NCBI GenBank assembly: GCA_038321985.1
Contig: JBBQFN010000001.1
Coordinates: 439,253 to 503,252 of the forward strand
Source: Cyanophyceae cyanobacterium
GTDB lineage: Bacteria; Cyanobacteriota; Cyanobacteriia; Cyanobacteriales; Laspinemataceae
Reading direction: 5' to 3'
DNA: 64,000 nt
In this document: piece after piece, positions 43,879 to 53,886 of the stretch
Layout: each line of letters begins with the position of its first letter
Position numbering within the stretch: the first letter of the stretch is position 1
Notes under the pieces: generated by a model
Told to the model about the DNA's origin: nothing
What the model saw: the letters and a program-made list of their open reading frames with translations, nothing else
Database searches by the model: none
Program-made: the position numbers and the translations under genes

Positions 43879-43919
43879 AAAGAGCAGTAGGGCAGGTATA
43901 ACCCACCCTACTGCTCTTT
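43879..43919 (-). terminator. Terminator hairpin downstream of the beta-barrel gene
   Basis: aaagagcagtaggg / ccctactgctcttt perfect 14-bp stem. Confidence 0.65.
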
Positions 43920-43974
43920 TGCACTTAGGACTTAGCCCAGTGCCACACCACACTCCACCCAAATTGAAGAAAAA

Positions 43975-44526
43975 TTAGAATAGATAACCAGCGCCCAAAA
44001 GCAAACTAAACGCGGCTTGATCGGTATTTCGATAGGCATCAAACGCGACTTTGGCATCACCAAACAGAACAATATTTTTCTGAACCACTGCCTCTAAGCC
44101 GGTGGCGAGAGTTAACGCATCTTGGTTACCCAAAGCCGTTTGTTGACCCCGTTCGGTAATAATGGAATAACCGCCACCGAAATATACATTAGCATTGTCG
44201 GTAACCGGCAAATCCAGGGATAACATCGGGATCAATGCTGCTGCATTATTATTGATCAAGGCTGATCCGCGCACAGACACCGGAGAATTTGGAACTTGAT
44301 AACGGCCCTGAAGATTCCCTCCAAAGCTTTCGTCGCCTTGTCCGTCATCGGCGTTATAAACGTTACCGCCTAGACCCGCACCCAGATAGTGACCATTCAT
44401 TCCTTCCTTGCCGGTTAGGGTTTGTAACCCTTCGGCATAAGCAGCACTACGCTCAAGGAGGATAGGGGCTATCATGACAATGGATAAAGTAGCCAGAGTG
44501 GCAACAGACTTCAGAATTCGTTTCAT
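43975..44526 (-). CDS. Small outer-membrane beta-barrel protein
   Basis: Signal peptide (AAYA), alternating beta-strands and terminal GAGYLF. Confidence 0.8.
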   Translation of the reverse strand: MKRILKSVATLATLSIVMIAPILLERSAAYAEGLQTLTGKEGMNGHYLGAGLGGNVYNADDGQGDESFGGNLQGRYQVPNSPVSVRGSALINNNAAALIPMLSLDLPVTDNANVYFGGGYSIITERGQQTALGNQDALTLATGLEAVVQKNIVLFGDAKVAFDAYRNTDQAAFSLLLGAGYLF

Positions 44527-44925
44527 AAGAGTCGGTTGGTGAATAAAATCTTTACAACCGTTAATACATTGACTGTAGGGGGTGACAGCGACTACCTGGA
44601 GAAGGGATGTGGAGGTATTTCAAGTGACTTTTACAAAGCAAAAGCGATCGCCGGGAATATTTCCCCTAAACTGACCTAAAACTGCTTACTCTATCAGGAT
44701 TTAACTCTCATCATAAACTGGCGATCGCAAACGGTTTAACCCCGAAAAAGTCCCGGCCCTTCAGACAGTCTTCAAACTGGCAAATGAACTGGAACAAGGG
44801 CATTAATTCTCAGTCCTTTCCAGGGGCGATCGCCTCTAGAAAATTCTCTGTCTAAAAAAAAGTCGGTTGATTTTCCCACATCAACTCAACCGACTATTCC
44901 GGATAAAAACCCTAAAATCCCTCTT

Positions 44926-46797
44926 TTAAACTGAACGATGATTCAGCACCACTTTATCCAGCAGCTTTTGCTGAGTGATGTAACCCAACTCATAACAATA
45001 TCCGGGTAAAACATCTAATTTCTGCCGGACTCGGTGACAAGCTTTGCTGCGTCCGAACTCCGTCCGTTTACTCATCACCCAGTTGACATGAGCTTCTTTA
45101 TTCAGCGCCTTCCTAATTTTAACAATTTGTTTGATTAATTTTTGGGCTTTTTCCGCATCATCACTTTCTAAATATTCCCACTGCCCATAATTAGAAACTG
45201 CATATTTATGGGATTTGTCCAATAAATAATGAAGGGATTTAAACAACAATTTGACGTCAGATTTCATTAGCATTTCCACTTTTAAAGTTTTCTGGATGAT
45301 TTCCGGGTCGCTCATACTGATAAACTTCTGTAAATCACAAAACTTATATTCCAAAGCAGAAACCGCTTTGTAAATATCATCCAAAGTCCGCTCAATTTCA
45401 TCGGAAATCAGTTGTTGTTGTTCGGGTAAGAATAAGGTGCCTTGGTGAGCGCGATAGGCCACTCCTTCTAATACAGGATAGTCACAAATCCCCGTTTGGC
45501 GATATTCGGAGGTAAATCGGGCAATCAAGCGTTCCTCATACCGTTCTTCTTTAGAGGGATTCGGCTGATGCCGGTTTAAATTCGTTTGCCGAATCGTTTC
45601 TAACCACTCTCGCACCGCTGCTTCCACCTCGGGATTATGGGAAATTTTGGTATTTCTCCCCCGCGCATGAGCGACGGTAATATAACAAGCGGTGATACTG
45701 GTAATGGTAGAGAGGAAAAAGAAAAATAACGAAAATCCCAACCGGGAAAAATTGAGAGCAAACAAATTCCCAAAGAAATTACTGGAAGCGAGGCGGACTT
45801 CTTCCACCCCCGAGGTAATTTCTCCATATTCGTTAAAATAACGACTAAAAACCAGGGGTAATTCTCGATTAACAAAAATTAGGTCATTTCCCAGTTCGCT
45901 GCGAATTTTCAACTTTTCTTCCCAGTCCTCTCGAACGGCAAAAGTTTCGCTGCGTAAGCGGTCTGCTTTTTGGCAAAGGGGTAAGTTTTCTGCGGGGACG
46001 CGACTCCAATCCCGATCGCGATCGGCAACGGACCCGTTAGTTTCAACGTAGAGGGAATCCCAACGCGGATCGGTTCTAGGAATTTGGGATAAAAGCTGGA
46101 GATTATCCTGACACTGAGCAAAGGTCCGTTCATAGGCATCGGGATTAGGGTCAACTTGGCGAATTTTCCGGTCATGTTCGGCGATTAATTCTTCGGCAAG
46201 TTTATAACTCAATCCAGGACGATTATTAATTAGTTCGGCCCCAATTCCCGCCACGAAAGATTGAAGGATACTCATCAGGAAAAATCCGGCAAATCCAACC
46301 TGCGCCCAATACTTTTTACCGGGTCGGTTCCCGGCAGTTGCGGTCCCCGCGAGGTTAGTCCAATTCAGGATAATTAAGTTTAAAACAAAGCTGGCGATCG
46401 GCGCAACCCAAATATTGCCCACTCCTTTAAAAGCAAATAAAAGAATGGGAAAGTTAGTGATGGCATTAATTAAGGTAGCACCAGAGACAATATCGGCGGA
46501 AATTTCTGAATCTCGGCGCACGTCCCTAGGGACGAATGCTTCTCCGTCAAAATGCCGGGGATTGGCCTTAATAAATCCCAAAATGTAGAGAATTGGAGGT
46601 TTGGGGTTGAGGGAATAAAATAAATTCCAAAACCATCCTTGACGTCGGGACCGTTTGACGAGTCCAACGTATTCGGGATTTTTTTCAAGCCATTGAATCA
46701 GTAATAAATCATCGCTCAATGATGCTAATGGGCGATGCGGTCCGTTCACCGATTCGAGTTCATTAGGCCGCAATAAATCAAATTTTTCGCTTTTCAT
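44926..46797 (-). CDS. Uncharacterised multi-TM membrane protein with a large C-terminal helical domain
   Basis: 623-aa ORF with three N-terminal hydrophobic segments, a ~150-aa loop with two Cys, a further TM segment and a basic helical tail. Confidence 0.75.
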   Translation of the reverse strand: MKSEKFDLLRPNELESVNGPHRPLASLSDDLLLIQWLEKNPEYVGLVKRSRRQGWFWNLFYSLNPKPPILYILGFIKANPRHFDGEAFVPRDVRRDSEISADIVSGATLINAITNFPILLFAFKGVGNIWVAPIASFVLNLIILNWTNLAGTATAGNRPGKKYWAQVGFAGFFLMSILQSFVAGIGAELINNRPGLSYKLAEELIAEHDRKIRQVDPNPDAYERTFAQCQDNLQLLSQIPRTDPRWDSLYVETNGSVADRDRDWSRVPAENLPLCQKADRLRSETFAVREDWEEKLKIRSELGNDLIFVNRELPLVFSRYFNEYGEITSGVEEVRLASSNFFGNLFALNFSRLGFSLFFFFLSTITSITACYITVAHARGRNTKISHNPEVEAAVREWLETIRQTNLNRHQPNPSKEERYEERLIARFTSEYRQTGICDYPVLEGVAYRAHQGTLFLPEQQQLISDEIERTLDDIYKAVSALEYKFCDLQKFISMSDPEIIQKTLKVEMLMKSDVKLLFKSLHYLLDKSHKYAVSNYGQWEYLESDDAEKAQKLIKQIVKIRKALNKEAHVNWVMSKRTEFGRSKACHRVRQKLDVLPGYCYELGYITQQKLLDKVVLNHRSV

Positions 46798-47575
46798 CTT
46801 AGATGTATGCCTACCGAAAAAGTGTCGGGAAACCCTGATTTCATGGAATGCATTGCCAGCAAAATACTCAGAGTCAGATGATGCAGACTACAGTCGCGAT
46901 CGCCCGGGGGATTAAAAGGGCGTAAATCTTGATGACAGTAACCATTTGAACCAAATTCTCGGGCCATCAGGAAATCAAATTTACCTTTTGAATGCAAGAA
47001 ACGAGAGCATATTTCCGGCTAAATTGCTGCAATAGGTAGTGCATACAGGGGTTTTGAGTTCAGAAGTGGGCAGATGAATCGTTAACAGGGATCACAGGGT
47101 GATCAATTAGGCAACAGGTCATGCTTATTTTACTAAAGCACAGCCGTGGTTGTGGGAATTTTTGCCAAAATATCCTCAAACTCCTGCAAGGGTAAGGGGA
47201 ATGAGTTTTTTGGGCGATCGCCCTCCCTGAAAATTGAGGTCCTTTTCCTCTGAAATTTCCTAAAATAGGACCCTAGTTATTTGTAGCCATAGCCTATTTT
47301 CCCTGGATATTTGAAAGAAAAAAGGGTGAATTGGGGTGTGAATTGAGGGCTTATATGGGTCCTTTTAAATCCTCGGTCTCATCGATAAAATAAGGGGTAA
47401 TCATCGTTAATCGGATTGCCCCTTCCCCGTTTTATCAATGACTTTTCTGATTTTGACTCGCTATAGCATATCTCACGATGAGGTGAGTTTTAGTTCGGGC
47501 AATTTATTTAAAATTTGTTGGCAATTTGCAATCATTTAGGTCATTAAAAACCCCGTCGAAGGAAACTATAACCTT

Positions 47576-47827
47576 CTAAGAGTCGGACTGTTCTGAGGGT
47601 TTTGGAAACGCTTCGTATTCGATGCCGAAGGCTTGGGCTAAGGCTTGACGGGCTTTTTCTGCCCAGTCTGGATCTTGTTTGATGCGATCGCGAAAGCGTT
47701 CGGACACCCGCAGGGCGATCAGTGCGCTCAGGGGCTCATTTCGCTCCGTCCGAAAGCTGATTGATTTGCCAAAGTTCGGGTTTCCCCCGGGTCTTCCTCT
47801 TCCCACTAGCCGATCCTCCGTAGACAT
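47576..47827 (-). CDS. Small ribbon-helix-helix-like DNA-binding protein
   Basis: GRPGGNP N-terminal arm, then a beta-strand (LIALRVS) and two helices (ERFRDRIK; DWAEKARQALAQA). Confidence 0.65.
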   Translation of the reverse strand: MSTEDRLVGRGRPGGNPNFGKSISFRTERNEPLSALIALRVSERFRDRIKQDPDWAEKARQALAQAFGIEYEAFPKPSEQSDS

Positions 47828-47835
47828 CAGCCCTG

Positions 47836-47903
47836 ATCATAGCAGATTAGAGCTTATTACAATTTGTAAAGAGTTACTTTTTAGAGAGTTAACGTGCTAC
47901 AAT
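47836..47903. promoter_or_regulatory. Back-to-back extended -10 promoters with a candidate operator between them
   Basis: TGCTATGAT (minus, 47836-47844) and TGCTACAAT (plus, 47895-47903); TTACA-ATT-TGTAA palindrome and AGAG(C)TTA direct repeats lie between. Confidence 0.55.
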
Positions 47904-47972
47904 ACCCTTAAAAAGAAAACCGGGAACAGAAACAACCGTTCCCGAAATACAAATAAGCTAAGGACATTCTAC

Positions 47973-49136
47973 ATGAATACGGTTGTTATTGGCTACTACC
48001 CCTCCCTGGACTTGTTGAACGCAGCCATTTGGGAGCATATTAAGCATTATAAGAATGTGCAAAAGGGGGCCCGGGTGCGGTTTGAACCCTACTACCAACC
48101 GGTATGGCATCGGGGTCACATTGCCTATGAGCAGCTTAAATTTAAAGTGGTGGTGACTTACCAAACCGTAGATGGGAAGATGCAGACGCGTCGGTGTTCC
48201 AGTCAAGGGTGGAGTGTTTATGCCATTTCTCGGGAAGGAAAACAGGTAAGGGTGATAGGATGGGAGGGTCCGTTGAATAATCTAGGGCGCGAGTATAGTC
48301 TCGAATCTGGGGAAGAGGGCAAAACTTGTACTTGTGAGGCGTTCCAGCAGCAGGGGAGACTAACAGGGGGTAAGTGCGAGCATTTGGGAGTAGCAACGCC
48401 GGAACTTGACCGCACGCCCTGGTTGGAATATCCTATCTATAGTTACCCCGCCCCGTATAAAATTCCCCATCGGCCCCAACCACAACCGGAAGAACTTCGG
48501 AACCCAGACCCTACGCCTGTTAACTTTGTACAACTCACACCGGGTTTAGTTCCTACCCCCGGGTTTGAGTTAATTTCTCAAGCTGGAGGGGGCGATCGCT
48601 ATCCCATATTAGCTCGCTTGCGCTCTCACCAAGGTCACTCTCACACCGCTGTGCTCGGTACGGTCATTCAGGACGGAGAATGGATGACTTTTACGGATAC
48701 TCGGGGCAGTTATGGACGAGCGGTGACAGCCACGGAGACTAACCTGCGCTTGATTTGCCAAGATTTGCTCTTGCGATCGCGTTATAAGGATTGGACTTTG
48801 ATCGCAACCTACCCCCCTCAAGAGGTCAAGGGACCGCAAGCGCTGACTAGAAAAAAGGATTCCACCGCCAATCCCCCGCAAACTGAACCGCGCTGCCGAA
48901 TTCGGGTCGAGAAAGACTTAAAAACTGGATTATACTCGTTATATAATTTAGAAACTAAAAGTTTCGTGGTTCAAGCCTGTCCTAAATCAGAGGTGAGCCA
49001 ACGAGCTAAATTGCTAGTGGATAGCGGACATCTGGTGAATGCAGTTGATCGCACCACGGGGAATTGGTATAATTTTCAAGATGGCAATTGGCACTATGTC
49101 GGGACAAAAGAGATTTCAAAAATCGCTCAGGTTTAA
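47973..49136 (+). CDS. Modular SWIM zinc-finger protein (~387 aa)
   Basis: TCTCEAF...KCEHL (CxC-xn-CxH); AAGGA precedes the ATG at 47973; the track's 47679 start overlaps the RHH gene and is unlikely. Confidence 0.72.
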   Translation: MNTVVIGYYPSLDLLNAAIWEHIKHYKNVQKGARVRFEPYYQPVWHRGHIAYEQLKFKVVVTYQTVDGKMQTRRCSSQGWSVYAISREGKQVRVIGWEGPLNNLGREYSLESGEEGKTCTCEAFQQQGRLTGGKCEHLGVATPELDRTPWLEYPIYSYPAPYKIPHRPQPQPEELRNPDPTPVNFVQLTPGLVPTPGFELISQAGGGDRYPILARLRSHQGHSHTAVLGTVIQDGEWMTFTDTRGSYGRAVTATETNLRLICQDLLLRSRYKDWTLIATYPPQEVKGPQALTRKKDSTANPPQTEPRCRIRVEKDLKTGLYSLYNLETKSFVVQACPKSEVSQRAKLLVDSGHLVNAVDRTTGNWYNFQDGNWHYVGTKEISKIAQV

Positions 49137-49297
49137 CCCGATTAGGGGGCGATCGCATCCTAATCTCCAACTTTCCCTGCTCTATTTTTAAGGGCACCAC
49201 AGGTATTAAGCACAGAGTATTTTTAATTATCAGAAGATACCCTATAGGGTAAATTGAAGGTATTAATTTTCAGCAAACTTATTGCTAGCTGCCTTTA

Positions 49298-50194
49298 CTA
49301 AACCTCTTCATTTATCCAGTCTAAAATGACCTGATTAACGAATTCTGGTCTTTCATCATAGACCACATGACCCGCCTCAGGAATCGTTACCAGTTGTACA
49401 TGAGGATTTAAGTTAGCAATTTCTCGGGCACTATTAAAGGGAACAATTCGATCCGCTTGTCCCCAGAGTAATAGGATGGGAATTTGTAAATCAGATAACA
49501 AATCTCTGATGATAGGGCTATATTCAGGGTCGCTGCGGGTGAGGGAGAGGCGGTAGAATACTTGTAAAGCGCCGCGATCGGTTGCGGGCGTCGCAAATAA
49601 TTTAACTAATTCCTCATCCACTAATTCGGGGTTTTGATAAATTTTCCGCAGAACCCAGCGCAATAAACCCGGTTGGCGGACAATTTTAAAAAGCGGCCAT
49701 AATAACAGCGGGGATGAGAAAAATTGCTCGATCGCCCTAGCCCATGCTGGAGGTTGTCTCGGTTGCGGGTCCGGTAGGGTTAGCATCACTAAACCTTGGG
49801 TCATTTGGGGATAAGTTGCCACAGTCGTTAAGGCAATTAATGCACCGAGAGAATGGCCGATAACCACAGCAGGTTTGGCAATGAAACTACGCCAAAAATC
49901 ATAGACTAATTCCGCCCATAGACTGACTCGATAGTTAGCTGAGGCTTTTTCAGAAGCACCAAAGCCTAAAAAATCAAGAGCGTAAACGGTATGATGTTCG
50001 CTAATTGGTCTTAAATTAAAGCGCCATTGTCCCAGGGAAGAACCGAACCCATGCAGAAAAATTAAGGGAACAGCATTCGCTTTAGCCCCAGGCGATCGCA
50101 GATAGGTGTAACGAATTTGATATCCGCGCCAAATCCAATCCCGTTGATCACCGAGGGGGGTTGAGTTGGAGGTTAAAAAGGGTTGCGATCGCAT
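49298..50194 (-). CDS. Alpha/beta-fold hydrolase
   Basis: HGFGSS, GHSLG and GHVVYDE motifs. Confidence 0.9.
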   Translation of the reverse strand: MRSQPFLTSNSTPLGDQRDWIWRGYQIRYTYLRSPGAKANAVPLIFLHGFGSSLGQWRFNLRPISEHHTVYALDFLGFGASEKASANYRVSLWAELVYDFWRSFIAKPAVVIGHSLGALIALTTVATYPQMTQGLVMLTLPDPQPRQPPAWARAIEQFFSSPLLLWPLFKIVRQPGLLRWVLRKIYQNPELVDEELVKLFATPATDRGALQVFYRLSLTRSDPEYSPIIRDLLSDLQIPILLLWGQADRIVPFNSAREIANLNPHVQLVTIPEAGHVVYDERPEFVNQVILDWINEEV

Positions 50195-50465
50195 AGTTAT
50201 TTTCGGGGAATAGACTAAAAGGGATCGATAGGGTCGATGGGACTATTATTCTACGGATTAGCGATTTATGCCTAATCCTGCTCGCCGCTGTTGTGCCATC
50301 GCAGGAACTCCTCCATCCGAAAAAGTAGCAACCCTGGGATGTTGTAGGGACCAAGGCACCCCGGCAGAGGCAACCTTGAGTCTGTTACAAACTGTCATGA
50401 ATTTGGGGCGCGTCAAGCGGTATAGTAAAAACGATGGCCTCTTTGCGCTTTGAGGAATCGTCGTC

Positions 50466-51137
50466 TTGTCAAACCCGTCATCTGCAAATTCTGAAATTCC
50501 CGCAACCCGAATCCTTGCGATTATTAATGGCAAGGGCGGAGTTGGAAAAACCACGACTTCAGTCAATCTCGCTGCTACGTTTGCCGAACACCAGCGCATC
50601 CTCCTTGTGGATGCCGACCCTCAAGGTTCCGCGACGTGGTGGGTTCAACGCAGCAAAAAAGGCTTTGATTTCGATCTGGCTCAGGAGACGGATCCTAGTC
50701 TATTGAGTCAGTTACGCCAGGTTGAAGGTTACGATTTAATTGTAGTGGATACTCCTCCGGCATTGCGATCGCAAGCGTTAGCTGCGGTAGCCAGTTCGGC
50801 GGATTATGTCCTCCTCCCGACACCCCCTGCGCCTATGGATTTAGCGGCGCTCATCGAAACCGTGCGCGAGGCGATCGTGCCGGTGGCGGTGGCACATCGA
50901 GTGGTGTTGACTCGGGTGGATTCCCGGTCTTTGGGGGAAGCTCTGGAGGCTCAAAACACTCTGATGGAAGAAGGAATTCCCACTTGCCATGCGTTCGTTA
51001 GGACTTTTAAAGCACATGAACGGGCGGCTTTGGAGGGGGTGTCGATCGCGCAATGGCGCGGCAAAAATGCAAAGGAAGCTCAGGCGGATTATCGCCGGGT
51101 AGCTGACGAATTACAGCGTGATTGGAGAAAAAACTGA
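50466..51137 (+). CDS. mcdA: ParA-type ATPase, carboxysome-positioning McdA-like
   Basis: KGGVGKTT with the signature Lys, [11 protein letters not shown] (double Trp) and VDTPP; followed by a coiled-coil partner gene. Confidence 0.75.
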   Translation: MSNPSSANSEIPATRILAIINGKGGVGKTTTSVNLAATFAEHQRILLVDADPQGSATWWVQRSKKGFDFDLAQETDPSLLSQLRQVEGYDLIVVDTPPALRSQALAAVASSADYVLLPTPPAPMDLAALIETVREAIVPVAVAHRVVLTRVDSRSLGEALEAQNTLMEEGIPTCHAFVRTFKAHERAALEGVSIAQWRGKNAKEAQADYRRVADELQRDWRKN

Positions 51138-51838
51138 TGACTAGAAAAAAAATTGCCGATTTAATCAGAAATGAAGCTCAAAAATCAGTCGATTCCGAAG
51201 TAGAATTTTCGGAAGAAAATCAAGCGGAACCGATTGAAGTAACTGCTCAGAGTCTGGGTTCCGAGTTGGAATCAACGGTCACTGAATTGCAGGTGGCGTT
51301 AGAGGAAGCCCGGAAAAAAGATGGCGATCTGGATCGCACCCTAGCGCAGGTTCAATCAGAATTAGAGCAACAGCGCACTCTGATCCAAAATTTAGAGGGT
51401 CAGCTTAATCAAGCGAATCAGCGCAATGAAAAATGGGGTCGCCTCAATGCGGATCTACAGGGGCAATTAGAAGACCAAAAAGCTCTGGTAAAACACTTAG
51501 AGTCGGAATTAGTAGCCCAGAAAAAACTCACGGATCAGGATAAAACGGCTCAAACTAAGTTAACCGCTGAGTTGGATAAACAAAAACAATTAAATAAACA
51601 ACTCACCTCCGAGATTCACCAACTCTCTCAGGTTCGTTCTGAGTTAGAGGATGCCAAAAAATCCGCCATTCAACTCGCGGTAACTAATGAAAAGGTGATT
51701 CAAGAATTGGCTCAAATTCAAGAAGAAAAGCCACCGGCCAGGGATAAAAATTTACCGATGAGAATTTCCCGTCCCACGACTTCAGATGAGAAGACTTTTC
51801 CCCCGTTTTCAACAACCGACCTCACTTGGATGGATTAA
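51137..51838 (+). CDS. mcdB: Coiled-coil McdB-like protein
   Basis: TGATG stop/start overlap with parA; basic N-terminus, Q/E/K-rich coiled coil and a C-terminal Trp (LTWMD). Confidence 0.7.
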   Translation: MTRKKIADLIRNEAQKSVDSEVEFSEENQAEPIEVTAQSLGSELESTVTELQVALEEARKKDGDLDRTLAQVQSELEQQRTLIQNLEGQLNQANQRNEKWGRLNADLQGQLEDQKALVKHLESELVAQKKLTDQDKTAQTKLTAELDKQKQLNKQLTSEIHQLSQVRSELEDAKKSAIQLAVTNEKVIQELAQIQEEKPPARDKNLPMRISRPTTSDEKTFPPFSTTDLTWMD

Positions 51839-51886
51839 TCCCCAGGAACAGGGGGTGCGAGTAAGGCAACCGAGGGAGACAATCCC

Positions 51887-53593
51887 TCAGTCTGAAGTTT
51901 TAATTCTCTCGATCGCTTCCACCAGTTGGCGGATGGCAACCGCTTGTTCATGGGTGGCGAAGGAAATTTCCTGAGCGTTGGCGGTAACTTCGTCGATCGC
52001 ATTCAGCACCCCGGTTAAAGCAACAGCAGTTTCTGTAACGATTTCCCAATTCACTTGCACCGTTTTTGTTCCTTGTTGGGTGGCGTTAGAGGTCGCTACA
52101 ACAGAGTTCTGAATATCCCCCAGCAACAGATTAATTTTATCCGCGCTTTGACGAGAGCGATCGGCGAGTTTGCGAACTTCCGTAGCAATGACAGAAAAAC
52201 CCTTCCCTCGATCTCCGGCCCGGATTGCCTCAACGGCTGCATTCAGGGCTAACATATTGGTTTGATCCGCCAAACTCCCTACCAGGGAGGCGATCGTCCC
52301 AATCTGACGCGCACTTTCGTGGAGATGGTCCATTTGAAGGGCGATCTCGTCCACATTGTCTTTAAGGGTCGTCATTCCCCCCAGAGTACGATCTACGGAT
52401 CTCATTCCTCCAGTGGCGCTCGATTGTGCCTGTTGAACCCCAAAATTCGCAGCAGCACAGGCATCGGCAACTTGTCGCGAAGACGCCTTCAATTCCTTCA
52501 TTTGTTCTAAGGCTTCCTCGATCGCCCCCCGTTGACGCTGTTCGATTTGCAAAGCAGTAGTTTTTGCTTGTAGTAAAGCAGTTTTGTCCTGGATTTGTTG
52601 TTCTAATTCATCAGTTTGAACGATGGCTTTATTCGTTAAGGGACGCAACAATAAAACCATGCCTCCGGTTCCGAGTAGGGTGAAAAAGGCAATGGCGAAG
52701 CCCATATCAATCATCTGTTTTTGGACAGGTTGATAAAGTTCTTGGCGATTCATTTTCACCGCCAACCCCCAATTTGCCATCGCAATTGGATTAAAGGCAA
52801 TCACTTCTGGGATATCACTCCCCAGGTCCGATTGTACCAATCCTGCTTCTCCCAATACCGAGCGTTCTATCGCCTTTTCCACTGCATTAGAAATGCGATC
52901 GCCGTTGTTTGGGGTTTGAAAAAAGAATTGGACCCTCTCGTTGGTGACCGTTCCCAAAATAATTTCGCCGGTTTCTCCCAACCCCGAATGATTTTGAACG
53001 ATTCTTTCTAACCGAGGTACTTTAAATAAGACCAAATCTCTACCGATCCCCTGTCCAGCACTGTTATTGATTAACGTTGCCACCAGTAAATAGGAAATTT
53101 CCGCAATTTTAACGGGACCACCAATCGTTGTTTTGTTCCCTTTAGACGGCAGCAATTGCCAAAATTCGGGGGGAATTGCTACCCCTATTTTAACAAAGGG
53201 TTCTCCCTTCCCATCAAAGCGCATAATTCCTTCAATCTCTTCTGATTGCTCTAGAGCATCCGTTAAAATATCCGTGGAAACTTGTATGAATGGATTGCGT
53301 TGAATTTCGCCTTTATTATAGGCATCTAACTGATTCCGCGCTCGGGTGCGACTGGCTATCTGTCCACCAATATCTTGGAGTCTTAATAGAAATTCTTCGA
53401 TCGCCAGGGTGCGGGTTTGGGCGGCAAACTCTAGGTTTCTTTCCTCGGCTTGTTTGAGTCGTTCGGATAGAGGCATAATACTGGCGATCGCCACACTCGC
53501 GCCGATCGCTAGGGCTCCCAAGGCAGAATAAATGAGCAATCTGCTCTGTAACTGCAAAGTAGAGTTTTGATGTCCTTGATCTGTCTTCCCCAT
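51887..53593 (-). CDS. Methyl-accepting chemotaxis protein
   Basis: LADQTNMLALNAAVEA.RAG..GKGFSVIA.EVRKLA hairpin; two TM segments flanking a Cache-like domain. Confidence 0.92.
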   Translation of the reverse strand: MGKTDQGHQNSTLQLQSRLLIYSALGALAIGASVAIASIMPLSERLKQAEERNLEFAAQTRTLAIEEFLLRLQDIGGQIASRTRARNQLDAYNKGEIQRNPFIQVSTDILTDALEQSEEIEGIMRFDGKGEPFVKIGVAIPPEFWQLLPSKGNKTTIGGPVKIAEISYLLVATLINNSAGQGIGRDLVLFKVPRLERIVQNHSGLGETGEIILGTVTNERVQFFFQTPNNGDRISNAVEKAIERSVLGEAGLVQSDLGSDIPEVIAFNPIAMANWGLAVKMNRQELYQPVQKQMIDMGFAIAFFTLLGTGGMVLLLRPLTNKAIVQTDELEQQIQDKTALLQAKTTALQIEQRQRGAIEEALEQMKELKASSRQVADACAAANFGVQQAQSSATGGMRSVDRTLGGMTTLKDNVDEIALQMDHLHESARQIGTIASLVGSLADQTNMLALNAAVEAIRAGDRGKGFSVIATEVRKLADRSRQSADKINLLLGDIQNSVVATSNATQQGTKTVQVNWEIVTETAVALTGVLNAIDEVTANAQEISFATHEQAVAIRQLVEAIERIKTSD

Positions 53594-53886
53594 TCCAGCC
53601 CCTTGTTACGTTCTCTGCTATCTGTATTTTTCTCCTCTATTTTATCGATTATTCCGTTTTTTTGCGATAGAAAATCCAGTAATTAACCGGGTGACTCCTT
53701 CTAGGTTTGACTGCCTTGAGCCCCGACCCTTAAAAATTTACCTCTTAGCTGCCTAAACCCTGATAAATTAAACTCAAGTTAATTTTTTATTAAGAAAACT
53801 CTCCTTAATAGAATCTCCCCCTATCCCGTAGAAAAATAGAGCAAAAATAAATTTTTTCCAAAACTTACCCCCTTTTAATAAGCAGT

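Noticed and set aside
47679..47972. N-terminal 98 aa of the track's 485-aa ORF
   Set aside because: It overlaps the antisense RHH gene and the promoter region; a better start with an SD lies at 47973.
50466..51838. Plasmid or prophage partition cassette
   Set aside because: No ParB/parS, replication or phage genes are present; the features fit McdAB better.
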